Source: Candidatus Nanopusillus sp.
GTDB taxonomy: Archaea > Nanobdellota > Nanobdellia > Nanobdellales > Nanobdellaceae
Direction: 5' to 3'
DNA: 32,000 bases
Assembly: GCA_049414405.1 (NCBI GenBank)
Contig: JBMSAQ010000022.1
Span: 1-32,000 of the forward strand
The notes under the pieces are model-generated. The model was given only the letters and a program-made list of their open reading frames with translations, had not been told where the DNA came from and did no database searches. Position 1 is the first letter of the stretch, and each line of letters begins with the position of its first letter. The position numbers were made by a program, and so were the translations under genes. This document shows positions 23,614-31,999 of the stretch, piece by piece.

Positions 23614-24159
23614 ATGTTTTATGAAGTTCAAATATATGATGTAGTAAGGGTACCGCCAAATGAAATAACAGATGATGTAAAAGAAATGATAGAAAAGATA
23701 TTATTAAATAATTATGTTGGAATGGGTGGGAAAGAATATGGAATAATCGTAACAATAAAGTCTATAGATGAAATATCTGAAGGTATAATGGTTTTTGAAG
23801 ATGGGGGGGTGTATTATAAGGTGAAATTTACTGCAATTTCATATTTTCCAATTATTTCTGAACTAACATATGGATTTGTATCATCTATAACAGAATTTGG
23901 TGCATTTATAAACATAGGACCCGTAGATGCATTGGTTCATATTTCTCAAATAATGGATGATGAGGTATCTGTTTCTGGAAGGGAAGCATTAATTGGAAAA
24001 AATAGCAAAAGAGTATTGAAAGTAAATGATGTGGTAAAAGCAAGGATAGTTACAGTAAGTTACAAGGGCGTGTCAAATGTGAGGATTGCAATGACAATGA
24101 AACAGCCAGGATTGGGAAAATTAGAATGGCTTGAACAAAAGAAAAAAACTGGTAAATAA
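23614..24159 (+). CDS. rpo7: DNA-directed RNA polymerase subunit Rpo7 (E')
   Basis: The N-terminus MFYEVQIYDVVRVPPNEI is followed by the S1 domain (GFVSSITEFGAFINIGPVDALVHISQI). Confidence 0.9.
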   Translation: MFYEVQIYDVVRVPPNEITDDVKEMIEKILLNNYVGMGGKEYGIIVTIKSIDEISEGIMVFEDGGVYYKVKFTAISYFPIISELTYGFVSSITEFGAFINIGPVDALVHISQIMDDEVSVSGREALIGKNSKRVLKVNDVVKARIVTVSYKGVSNVRIAMTMKQPGLGKLEWLEQKKKTGK

Positions 24160-24362
24160 TGGCATATAGAAAACCAAAAAGAAAAATATGTAGAAATTGT
24201 AAAGCAATAATTGATAAAGATGTGGATAAATGTCTATATTGTGGTTCTACAGATTTATCTGAAGATTTTTCTGGATTTATTATAATTGTAAATCAAGAAA
24301 ATTCTGAATTTTCCAAAAAGTTAAATTTAAAAGAGGGAAAGTGGGCAATAAGAGTGTTATAA
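24159..24362 (+). CDS. spt4: transcription elongation factor Spt4 / RNA polymerase subunit E''
   Basis: Zinc ribbon CRNC...CLYCGS is followed by FSGFIIIV. It lies immediately downstream of rpo7, as is usual. Confidence 0.85.
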   Translation: MAYRKPKRKICRNCKAIIDKDVDKCLYCGSTDLSEDFSGFIIIVNQENSEFSKKLNLKEGKWAIRVL

Positions 24363-24363
24363 G

Positions 24364-26076
24364 ATGGATATAAATAAATTAATAAAAAAATGGATACTAT
24401 ATAATAAATATAAGTATGGAAATGTAGATTTAAATTCAGTCATATCAAAAATAGTATATGAAAATCCAGATTTAAAGAAAAATATAAAAGAACTAATTCC
24501 AAAAGTTAAAGAAGAAATTAATAATTTGATTAATATATCTAGAGAAGAAGCTTATAATATATTATTAAAAGAATATCTGGAATTATTGGAAGAAAAGAAA
24601 AAAGAAGAAAGAAAAGGATTACCACCATTAAAGAATGCAATAGAAGGAAAAGTTAGGACAAGATTTGCCCCAAATCCTTCAGGATATTTACATATAGGTC
24701 ATGCGAGAGCAATTATATTGAATTATGAATATGCAAAAATATACAAAGGGAAATTTATATTAAGGATTGAAGATACAGACCCCAAGGTTAAAAAACCAGA
24801 TCCAAATGTATATGAATCAATAAGGGAAGATGTTGAATGGTTAATAAATGATAGGGTAGATGAATTTTATATACAATCAGAAAGGTTAGATATATATTAT
24901 AAATATATAAAAGAATTAATTGAAAAAGGGTTTGCATATGTGGATCTTTCTCCAAAAGAAATAATATCAAAATATAGAGCAGAAGGAATTCCTACAGAAT
25001 ATAGGTTAAAAGAACCAGAATGGCATTTAGAACAGTTTGAAAGAATGTTAGATGGATATTATGACGAGGAAAAAGCAGTAATAAGAATTAAAACTGATTT
25101 AAACCATCCAAATCCATCTATAAGAGATTGGATTGCATTTAGAATTATTGATCCAAATAAAAATCCGCATCCATATTTATTAAAAAAATATGGAAAAAAT
25201 TATGTAGAAAGATATTGGTTATGGCCAACTTATAATTTTTCTGTATCTATAGATGATCATTTAATGGGGATAACACATGTTTTGAGGATGAAGGAACATG
25301 AAGTAAATACTTATAAGCAAAAATATATTTATGAATATTTTGGCTGGGAGTTTCCAACAGTAATAAGTTATGGAGCTTTGTTAGTAAAAGATTTACCATT
25401 GCATAAATCTGAAATAAGAAAATTAATAAAGGAAGGAAAAATATCTGGATGGGACGATCCATTTTTACCAACATTGAAAGGATTGAAGAGGAGAGGAATT
25501 GATAGAGGGGCAATAAAAAAATATATTGTAGAAATGGGTCCAAATCCTGTAGATGTGATTATAAATTGGGATAAGATATATACATACAATAGAGAAATAT
25601 ACGATAAAAAGGCCAAGAGATTTTTTATAATAAGAAATCCAATAAAAGTTATAATAAATAATTTACTATTAAATAAAATAATAAAAGTTAAGAATCATCC
25701 GGAGGTAGATTTAGGATATAGAGAATTTATAATAAAATCAAATATAATTTATATAGATAGAAATGATATAAATAATAAATATTTAAGATTATTTGAAGGA
25801 TTTAATATTGAAATAGTAGATAGAAGGGAAGATTACATTATTGCCAAATATTTATCAGATAGTATAGAAGATATAAGAAGATTAGATACAAAAATTGTAC
25901 AATGGGTGCCCGAAGAATATAAGATTAATATAAGAATATGGGAAAAAGACAGTATAATAGATGCAATTGCGGAAAAATATGTATTGGAATTAACAAAAGA
26001 TGGAGAGATAATTCATGGAATAAGGTATGGATTCTTTAAAAGAGAAAAAGATTATCTAATATATATGCACAAATAA
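24364..26076 (+). CDS. gltX: glutamyl-tRNA synthetase (archaeal type)
   Basis: RTRFAPNPSGYLHIGHARA carries the HIGH motif. LRIEDTD is present, and the length (570 aa) is typical of archaeal GluRS. Confidence 0.92.
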   Translation: MDINKLIKKWILYNKYKYGNVDLNSVISKIVYENPDLKKNIKELIPKVKEEINNLINISREEAYNILLKEYLELLEEKKKEERKGLPPLKNAIEGKVRTRFAPNPSGYLHIGHARAIILNYEYAKIYKGKFILRIEDTDPKVKKPDPNVYESIREDVEWLINDRVDEFYIQSERLDIYYKYIKELIEKGFAYVDLSPKEIISKYRAEGIPTEYRLKEPEWHLEQFERMLDGYYDEEKAVIRIKTDLNHPNPSIRDWIAFRIIDPNKNPHPYLLKKYGKNYVERYWLWPTYNFSVSIDDHLMGITHVLRMKEHEVNTYKQKYIYEYFGWEFPTVISYGALLVKDLPLHKSEIRKLIKEGKISGWDDPFLPTLKGLKRRGIDRGAIKKYIVEMGPNPVDVIINWDKIYTYNREIYDKKAKRFFIIRNPIKVIINNLLLNKIIKVKNHPEVDLGYREFIIKSNIIYIDRNDINNKYLRLFEGFNIEIVDRREDYIIAKYLSDSIEDIRRLDTKIVQWVPEEYKINIRIWEKDSIIDAIAEKYVLELTKDGEIIHGIRYGFFKREKDYLIYMHK

Positions 26077-26107
26077 TTTTTAAATAAATTTTTTAATATA
26101 ATAAAGA

Positions 26108-26464
26108 ATGGTTAGTGAAGAAGAAATTGCATCAAAGTATGAAGAGTTTGAAAATTTAAGGCAAGCATATTTATTAATAGAAAATAAAAGACAGAAGGTT
26201 CTACAGGATTTGATTGAGACAGAAAATGCATTAAAAGAATTATCAATCTTGCCGGATGATAAAAGGGTCTATTATATGATAGGCAATGTACTAATAGAAA
26301 AAGATAAAAAAGAATTAATAAATAAGCTAAATGAAGATAAAGAAATATTAAAAATTGAAGCAGAAAAGTTAAAAAAACAGTCTGATATATACAAAGAAAA
26401 GCTAAATTCTTTAACTAAGGAGTTAAACGATCTATTAAAAAGATCAAATTTATCATCTAAATAA
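26108..26464 (+). CDS. pfdB: prefoldin subunit beta
   Basis: Coiled coil, beta-hairpin, coiled coil layout with ETENALKELSILPDDKRVYYMIGNVLIEKDKKEL. Confidence 0.85.
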   Translation: MVSEEEIASKYEEFENLRQAYLLIENKRQKVLQDLIETENALKELSILPDDKRVYYMIGNVLIEKDKKELINKLNEDKEILKIEAEKLKKQSDIYKEKLNSLTKELNDLLKRSNLSSK

Positions 26465-26533
26465 ATAATATCATAAAAGATAATCAAAAACATTAACCAA
26501 AGGCATAAAAATGATGGAGAAATATATATTTAT

Positions 26534-26926
26534 ATGGTATCTTTAGGGAGCATATTTAAGTCAAAGAGGAAAGAAACTTCTGATCAGTATGTAGAAGTAG
26601 TACCAACCCAGAAAGCTGAGGAAGTGAAGATTTATGTTAGAGTATTTAGAATAAAAGATCCATCAGAAGTTAAGGCTGTTGTAGATTCATTAAGGGAAAG
26701 AAATTATATAGTATTTGTAGATATATCTGGATTAAATACTGGTAAAGACCTTGTAGAAGTAAAGAAAGTTGTATCTAGAATAAAGTCTGTTGTAGATGCA
26801 ATTGGTGGAGATATAGCTGCTGTAAGTAAAGATTGGATCATTGCTACACCTTCATATGTGAAAATTTGGAGAGGACATCAAATGTCCGCAGTTGAAGAAA
26901 TAAAGCAGGAAAATCAAAGATCTTAA
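26534..26926 (+). CDS. sepF: cell division protein SepF-like (DUF552)
   Basis: The segment from RVFRIKDPSEVKAVVDSLRERNYIVFVDISGL to RIKSVVDAIGGDIAAVSKDWIIATPSYVKI matches the SepF core pattern. Confidence 0.7.
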   Translation: MVSLGSIFKSKRKETSDQYVEVVPTQKAEEVKIYVRVFRIKDPSEVKAVVDSLRERNYIVFVDISGLNTGKDLVEVKKVVSRIKSVVDAIGGDIAAVSKDWIIATPSYVKIWRGHQMSAVEEIKQENQRS

Positions 26927-27411
26927 TATATTTTTGATAGTCCTTTTTCATCTTCTATTATTATAGTTAATTCCTTCTTATTATTCAATACATCTTCTAT
27001 ATAATTTATTTTTTCAATTATTTTATCATATTTCTCTTTATCATCAGAATATAATATTTTAAATCTTTCTAAATTATTTTTTATATTTATTAAAAAATCA
27101 TCTATTGCTTTAATTTCAAATTTTGATTCAATACCCGGGGTTATTTCTATTTCAATTTCTTTTAATATTACTTTTGCATAAGGAGATTTTAAAAATAATT
27201 TTCTAGCTTTTTCTTTATTATCTATCTTATATTCTATTTTTATATAACCTTTATCTTCTAATGGTATTATTTCAAATGTTTTATAATCACAAGAATTACA
27301 TTTAAATACATAAAGTAATGACTTACCAATTTCTGGAAAATTGTATTCAATTGTTTTTATTTCAACATCTTTTGAATTACAAACCGGACAAGAATCTGTT
27401 AAGATTATCAT
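26923..27411 (-). CDS. ZPR1-type zinc-finger protein (COG1779)
   Basis: CPVCNSKDVEIKTIEYNFPEIGKSLLYVFKCNSCDYK is a C4 ZPR1 zinc finger, and a beta-rich domain follows. Confidence 0.72.
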   Translation of the reverse strand: MIILTDSCPVCNSKDVEIKTIEYNFPEIGKSLLYVFKCNSCDYKTFEIIPLEDKGYIKIEYKIDNKEKARKLFLKSPYAKVILKEIEIEITPGIESKFEIKAIDDFLINIKNNLERFKILYSDDKEKYDKIIEKINYIEDVLNNKKELTIIIEDEKGLSKIY

Positions 27412-27577
27412 GTATTTTTAATAATCTAAATATTAAATTCATTTGAGCTCTTGCTTTTGATAGATCTCTTTTATTAATTATTATAATATTGTTTTCAATT
27501 TTTATTCTCTCTTGAGATTCTAAAAATTTTAGTATATCTATTAACTCTTGATCTTCAATATTAATTATTATCTTCAT
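27377..27577 (-). CDS. small protein, possible KEOPS subunit Pcc1 homologue
   Basis: IKIENNIIIINKRDLSKARAQMNLIFRLLK resembles the Pcc1 core (..LEGKKIILDIKATDSSALRGTVNSYLRWIK..). Its position after L37Ae and RpoP matches the archaeal exosome/KEOPS neighbourhood. This is a by-eye match only. Confidence 0.4.
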   Translation of the reverse strand: MKIIINIEDQELIDILKFLESQERIKIENNIIIINKRDLSKARAQMNLIFRLLKIHDNLNRFLSGL

Positions 27578-27714
27578 ATAGCTTTTATTTTTTTAATTGT
27601 GTTTGATCTCAATTTTACCAATATTTTTGATCCGCAATAAATGCATTTAACTTTTTTTAATGCAGTTTCTCCATCTATTATTCTTTTACAGTTTATACAA
27701 ATATACCGGGTCAT
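27574..27714 (-). CDS. rpo12: DNA-directed RNA polymerase subunit Rpo12 (RpoP)
   Basis: 46-aa ORF missing from the ORF track: MTRYICINCKRIIDGETALKKVKCIYCGSKILVKLRSNTIKKIKAI. The CxxC...CxxC zinc ribbon and the C-terminal ..IKAI resemble crenarchaeal Rpo12 (..[24 protein letters not shown]). It overlaps both neighbours by ATGA. Confidence 0.82.
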   Translation of the reverse strand: MTRYICINCKRIIDGETALKKVKCIYCGSKILVKLRSNTIKKIKAI

Positions 27715-27929
27715 TGTATATTATAAGCTTTTCCAGTAAATTTTTTACCACAATGTATGCAATACCATATTCCATAAGATAACCTTTTTACCGATATATT
27801 ATTACAAAATGGACACTTTAATCTCTTATTTTTATATTTTTTTTCTGTTTCAGCTACAAGCGCTCTTATCTTTTTTCCATATCTAGAACCAAATCTTGCA
27901 GCAGGACCTAATAATTTAGTATGACTCAT
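27711..27929 (-). CDS. rpl37ae: 50S ribosomal protein L37Ae (eL43)
   Basis: GPAARFGSRYGKKIR...KCPFCNNISVKRLSYGIWYCIHCGKKFTGKAY is the L37Ae zinc ribbon. Confidence 0.93.
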   Translation of the reverse strand: MSHTKLLGPAARFGSRYGKKIRALVAETEKKYKNKRLKCPFCNNISVKRLSYGIWYCIHCGKKFTGKAYNIQ

Positions 27930-27972
27930 AATTTACATATATTTTAAAAATGTTTTATAAATATTGCATATT

Positions 27973-28482
27973 ATGGTATCTGTAAGAGATGTGAATGGTC
28001 AGATGCTTGTAGAAAGATTAGCTAGATATTTATTTGAAAATTATAGAGATATAATAAAACCACCTAGCTGGGCATTTTTTATTAAAACAGGACCGGATAA
28101 GGAGAGAAATCCAGATTTTCCTCCAGATGTAGATTATGATGGTGGACCTGGATGGTGGTATTATAGAGCAGCATCGATTTTAAGAAAAGTATATTTATAT
28201 GGACCTATTGGGGTTTCTAGATTGAGAAGAAAATATTCTGGATTAAGAAAAAGAGGAATGGAACCTGGAAAGGTTGTAAGAGGATATGGAAAACTAATAA
28301 GAGAAATATTACATCAATTAGAAAATGCAGGATTAGTTATGGAAATAACTGAAGGAAAGAAAAAGGGAAGAGTTGTAACGAATAATGGAAGAAGTTTATT
28401 AGATAAATTGGCCAATGAAATATATAAAGAATTAAATGACGAAAATAAGAATTTAATTAATTATATAAAATCTGTTTCATGA
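27973..28482 (+). CDS. rps19e: 30S ribosomal protein S19e (eS19)
   Basis: VRDVNGQMLVERLARYL...PPSWAFFIKTG...WWYYRAASILRKVYLYGPIGVSRLRRKYSG matches eS19. I placed the start at ATG 27973; the track start at 27964 is a TTG. Confidence 0.92.
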   Translation: MVSVRDVNGQMLVERLARYLFENYRDIIKPPSWAFFIKTGPDKERNPDFPPDVDYDGGPGWWYYRAASILRKVYLYGPIGVSRLRRKYSGLRKRGMEPGKVVRGYGKLIREILHQLENAGLVMEITEGKKKGRVVTNNGRSLLDKLANEIYKELNDENKNLINYIKSVS

Positions 28483-28949
28483 AAAGTATAAGCTTATGGG
28501 TTGAATTTTTGATATATACAGCATTTGCTATTTCTATACTTTCTTTTGTAATATACTTTGTTCATTTAACAGCTCAAAATAAACAAGATGAATTAAACCT
28601 AAAATATATTATAAATTTATTGACAAATTTGAACTATCAAATAGAAACAATTGGATCTTGTTATTCATGTAATTATAAAGTTTTTGAAAATTTACCACCA
28701 AAAACAACCATATATATTTATCAGGGAAAAATAATGTGTATATATTATTCTACTGCAAATTATTCTCTACAAGTTCCCCCATATATAGATTTAAATATAA
28801 CTAAATTATCCCCAAATAATTATAAATATAATTTTACTATTAATACAATCCCATTTAATTTATTAAATGGATCCAACCTTACAATTACAAATAATCTATG
28901 TTTATTATTAGATAAAAATCAATCAGGTCTATATATTGGTTTATGTTAA
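28479..28949 (+). CDS. putative secreted/pilin-like protein with class III (prepilin-like) signal peptide
   Basis: N-terminus MKS|ISLWVEFLIYTAFAISILSFVIYFV. The mature part is Asn/Tyr/Cys-rich with NYS, NIT, NFT, NGS, NLT and NQS sequons. The start overlaps the rps19e stop (ATGA). Confidence 0.45.
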   Translation: MKSISLWVEFLIYTAFAISILSFVIYFVHLTAQNKQDELNLKYIINLLTNLNYQIETIGSCYSCNYKVFENLPPKTTIYIYQGKIMCIYYSTANYSLQVPPYIDLNITKLSPNNYKYNFTINTIPFNLLNGSNLTITNNLCLLLDKNQSGLYIGLC

Positions 28950-29386
28950 ATACAAAAGAAATTAATATAATAACTATTGGAACTACTTACATTATAACAA
29001 AAACAAATCCAATCTGGAGGATTATATAAAATAAAGTTTTCATTACAATATTTTAGTATACTTTTATTTACAATAAAATATCCATTAAAATAATAGCAAC
29101 AATTTATATTATTTCCAGTACATTCTTGGATAAATAAATTATATGAAGATATACAAATGAAAGAAAAATTATAATTAATATATTTTGTGTAATTCTGAAA
29201 ATGTAATGTATAATTAGATATGTAGATGTATCCAAAGTTTTGATATATGTATATTATTTGATCTTTAAAATTTTTTCCTATTAAATTCGGATTAATGTTA
29301 TCTATTGGGGAAGGATTATAATATGTAATGAAAGATAAAATAATAATAATTATAATTGTTGCTAATAATATATATTGAGATCTCAT
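28946..29386 (-). CDS. putative secreted/pilin-like protein, Cys/Asn/Tyr-rich
   Basis: N-terminus MRS|QYILLATIIIIIILSF. I count 9 Cys by eye, and there are very few Lys or Glu. It is the last gene of a 4-nt-overlapping minus-strand operon. Confidence 0.45.
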   Translation of the reverse strand: MRSQYILLATIIIIIILSFITYYNPSPIDNINPNLIGKNFKDQIIYIYQNFGYIYISNYTLHFQNYTKYINYNFSFICISSYNLFIQECTGNNINCCYYFNGYFIVNKSILKYCNENFILYNPPDWICFCYNVSSSNSYYINFFCI

Positions 29387-29703
29387 TTAAATATAATTAG
29401 TATATATGGATCAAAATAATCTTGGCCAGCATATAAATATTCAAATACCGGTCTATAATTTTGTATATATGTAGAATCTACATGTTTTCCAAAATAACAT
29501 ACTGTAATACTATTATTTGTTAAGTTTATTATCTTATATACATATAGATTATTGTTGCATGAAGAATTTAAGTAAATTAAATTATTAGGATCAAAAGTAT
29601 AAATATTGTAATTATTATATTTACTATAATAAGTATATAAAAAGAAAAATGTTAATATTGTTATTGAAAATGCTAATTCGACCATAATTATCCAACCTCT
29701 CAT
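29383..29703 (-). CDS. putative pilin-like protein
   Basis: N-terminus MRG|WIIMVELAFSITILTFFFLY. It is 106 aa, Asn/Tyr-rich, with two Cys. Confidence 0.45.
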   Translation of the reverse strand: MRGWIIMVELAFSITILTFFFLYTYYSKYNNYNIYTFDPNNLIYLNSSCNNNLYVYKIINLTNNSITVCYFGKHVDSTYIQNYRPVFEYLYAGQDYFDPYILIIFK

Positions 29704-31925
29704 TTTATATATATTATTAATTGATCTTTATATAATGCATTTATTATCGTATTATTTAATACATATATATTAAAGCTTTCAGAATATCTGTAATTATTCA
29801 CAATATTCCCTACGTATACTGTACCGTTAAATATTGTTATATTTAAATTATTAAAATAAAAATATACATCTTGATAGTTTTTAGATATATTAATTAAATT
29901 ATTTAAATTAATTACATTTATTGGTTCAATATAATTTATTTTGATATATGGAATTTGGGTAGAAAATGCTAAATATAATGCTGTTTGTCCATCTAAATTT
30001 GGGTTTGAATATAGATAAAAATAATAATTTAGATAACTATATTTATAATTTAATGTTGCATTTGTGAAATAAAGATTATTATAGTAGTCATACGATGAAA
30101 CATAAGAAATATTTATTATAGGATTATAATTTGTGTATAATATAGAATTTAAGTGTCCTGAACAAATAAAAGTTTGTGTGTAGCATCTTCTTAATATTAT
30201 ACCATTTTTATATTCATGATATAGATATCCATTATATAAATCGTCTAGATCAAATATCTTATTATAAATGTTTGTAGATTTTAAAATAAATCCATATTTG
30301 GGTTGAAAAGTGTTCCAAAATATCATATTATTTGAATAATAATATTTTTGCGTATTAAATATATACCAATAAGTGTTAGAAAATATTATATTCTTTATTG
30401 ATAAATTTGTAGAATTATATAAATACAATAAAGCTAATGAGGCATTATAAATATAGGGAGTTAAATTATAAGGTCCATATTCAGAAGTATAAAATGAAAA
30501 TCCAACTTTAATATATGAAAGAAGGTTTGTAGAATAAGTTGTTGGAATGGAATAATAGCTTCTATTATACATACCTGTTATGTAAGAAAAATATGCTAAA
30601 TTATTATTATATATTGCAAGATTATTATAAGAATTTGGTAATGAAATTTTTCCCTTATCTAGATCGTTATATTGAGAAAAATCATAAGTTATATTTGGAC
30701 CTATAATAAATTTATAATTTTTAGTTAAATTTGGTTGATAAATTATTCTTGTATTTGGTATTACATTATATGGAATTAAATTTATATAATATGCATTAAT
30801 ATTTTGACCAGATACTTGTAACTTAACCTTGTCCCCATCATTATAACAATAATAAACATATAAAGAATCTGAATTTCTAGAAGATTGTAGAGTTATATTA
30901 CAATTATTTCCCAATTGCATATAGGCATTATTAGATGGTATTAAATTTTGAATATTGTTTTGAATATTAAATAATATTAAATAATTGCCTTTTGGAATTC
31001 TATTATTATAAGTAATTGTAAAGGTATTATATCGTATGCAAAAATTACCGTAATATAGAGAACAAGAATAAATATTATTTCCCGGATTCATATATGAAAC
31101 ATTTATAGGAGTATCATTTCTCCAATATTGGCTGAATTGTTGATAACTTTGATAACTAAAATTATCATATACTAGGAATATTCTTTTTCCATCAATTGAA
31201 TAAATACTTATTTCATTTATCGGAGAAATATTTAATATTATATAGCCATATGAAGATATATTTAAACCAACCCAAATTCCATAGGCACCATTATTAAAGC
31301 TATCACAATTTAGATTATTGTTTAAATAACAAAAATAATAATTATTTTCATTTAAATCTTTTACAGATAAATTGTAACCATTTTGTAGCCAATAAAGTAT
31401 AACAGTAGAAGTTATGAATACAGGATAATTGATTAAATTTTGGTTTGATGGATTTGAAACATTTATTAAAACATATTGGGGTTGACTATTATCTATATTA
31501 AAATTTAGAAAATTTGCATAAAAAAACACCCCGACATTTGGATCTAGATATGTATTATTTGTATTATTTAATACCCCAGAATACTTTGTTAAAAAAGATA
31601 TATTCAATGGGTAATAAATTGGAAATGATGTACAAAAATCTTTGTATGCATTTTTATAAATTAAATCGTCATATATTGGAGAATTTGGTAAGCATTGATA
31701 ATACATAGATAAAGGTATTGAAACATTTAGAGATAACAAATAATATTTGGTTTTGATAGAATTCATTATATCATTTATATAATTATTATAATAGTTTATT
31801 TGATTATAATTACTAATATTGTTTATTAAATATCCTTTATAAACTGTTAAATAAAATGTTAAAAATGAAATAAAAATTACAATGGCAATTATACCCTCTA
31901 CTTCTTTTATTATCCCTCTAACCAT
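29700..31925 (-). CDS. large (741 aa) Asn/Tyr-rich putative surface protein with prepilin-like N-terminus
   Basis: N-terminus MVRG|IIKEVEGIIAIVIFISFLTFYL. I count roughly 26 N-x-S/T sequons by eye and about a dozen Cys. It is strongly depleted in Lys and Glu relative to its neighbours. Confidence 0.55.
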   Translation of the reverse strand: MVRGIIKEVEGIIAIVIFISFLTFYLTVYKGYLINNISNYNQINYYNNYINDIMNSIKTKYYLLSLNVSIPLSMYYQCLPNSPIYDDLIYKNAYKDFCTSFPIYYPLNISFLTKYSGVLNNTNNTYLDPNVGVFFYANFLNFNIDNSQPQYVLINVSNPSNQNLINYPVFITSTVILYWLQNGYNLSVKDLNENNYYFCYLNNNLNCDSFNNGAYGIWVGLNISSYGYIILNISPINEISIYSIDGKRIFLVYDNFSYQSYQQFSQYWRNDTPINVSYMNPGNNIYSCSLYYGNFCIRYNTFTITYNNRIPKGNYLILFNIQNNIQNLIPSNNAYMQLGNNCNITLQSSRNSDSLYVYYCYNDGDKVKLQVSGQNINAYYINLIPYNVIPNTRIIYQPNLTKNYKFIIGPNITYDFSQYNDLDKGKISLPNSYNNLAIYNNNLAYFSYITGMYNRSYYSIPTTYSTNLLSYIKVGFSFYTSEYGPYNLTPYIYNASLALLYLYNSTNLSIKNIIFSNTYWYIFNTQKYYYSNNMIFWNTFQPKYGFILKSTNIYNKIFDLDDLYNGYLYHEYKNGIILRRCYTQTFICSGHLNSILYTNYNPIINISYVSSYDYYNNLYFTNATLNYKYSYLNYYFYLYSNPNLDGQTALYLAFSTQIPYIKINYIEPINVINLNNLINISKNYQDVYFYFNNLNITIFNGTVYVGNIVNNYRYSESFNIYVLNNTIINALYKDQLIIYIK

Positions 31926-31999
31926 AACCTCTTTCTAATTAAAGTTGGATCTGAACCCCCATGCCAAGAAACCCTAGGTTTCATTTGAACAGGATATAT
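31910..31999 (-). CDS. 3' end of an ORF entering from the right window edge
   Basis: The minus-strand frame is open from 31999 to TAA at 31912-31910 (..IYPVQMKPRVSWHGGSDPTLIRKRLWLEG*). It overlaps the start of the 741-aa gene by 16 nt. Its identity is unknown. Confidence 0.3.
   Translation of the reverse strand: MYPVQMKPRVSWHGGSDPTLIRKRLWLEG

Noticed and set aside
26509-26581. AAUGAUGG just upstream of sepF with a CUGA about 60 nt downstream.
   Set aside because: The C box is imperfect, there are no internal D' or C' boxes, and the downstream part is sepF coding sequence.
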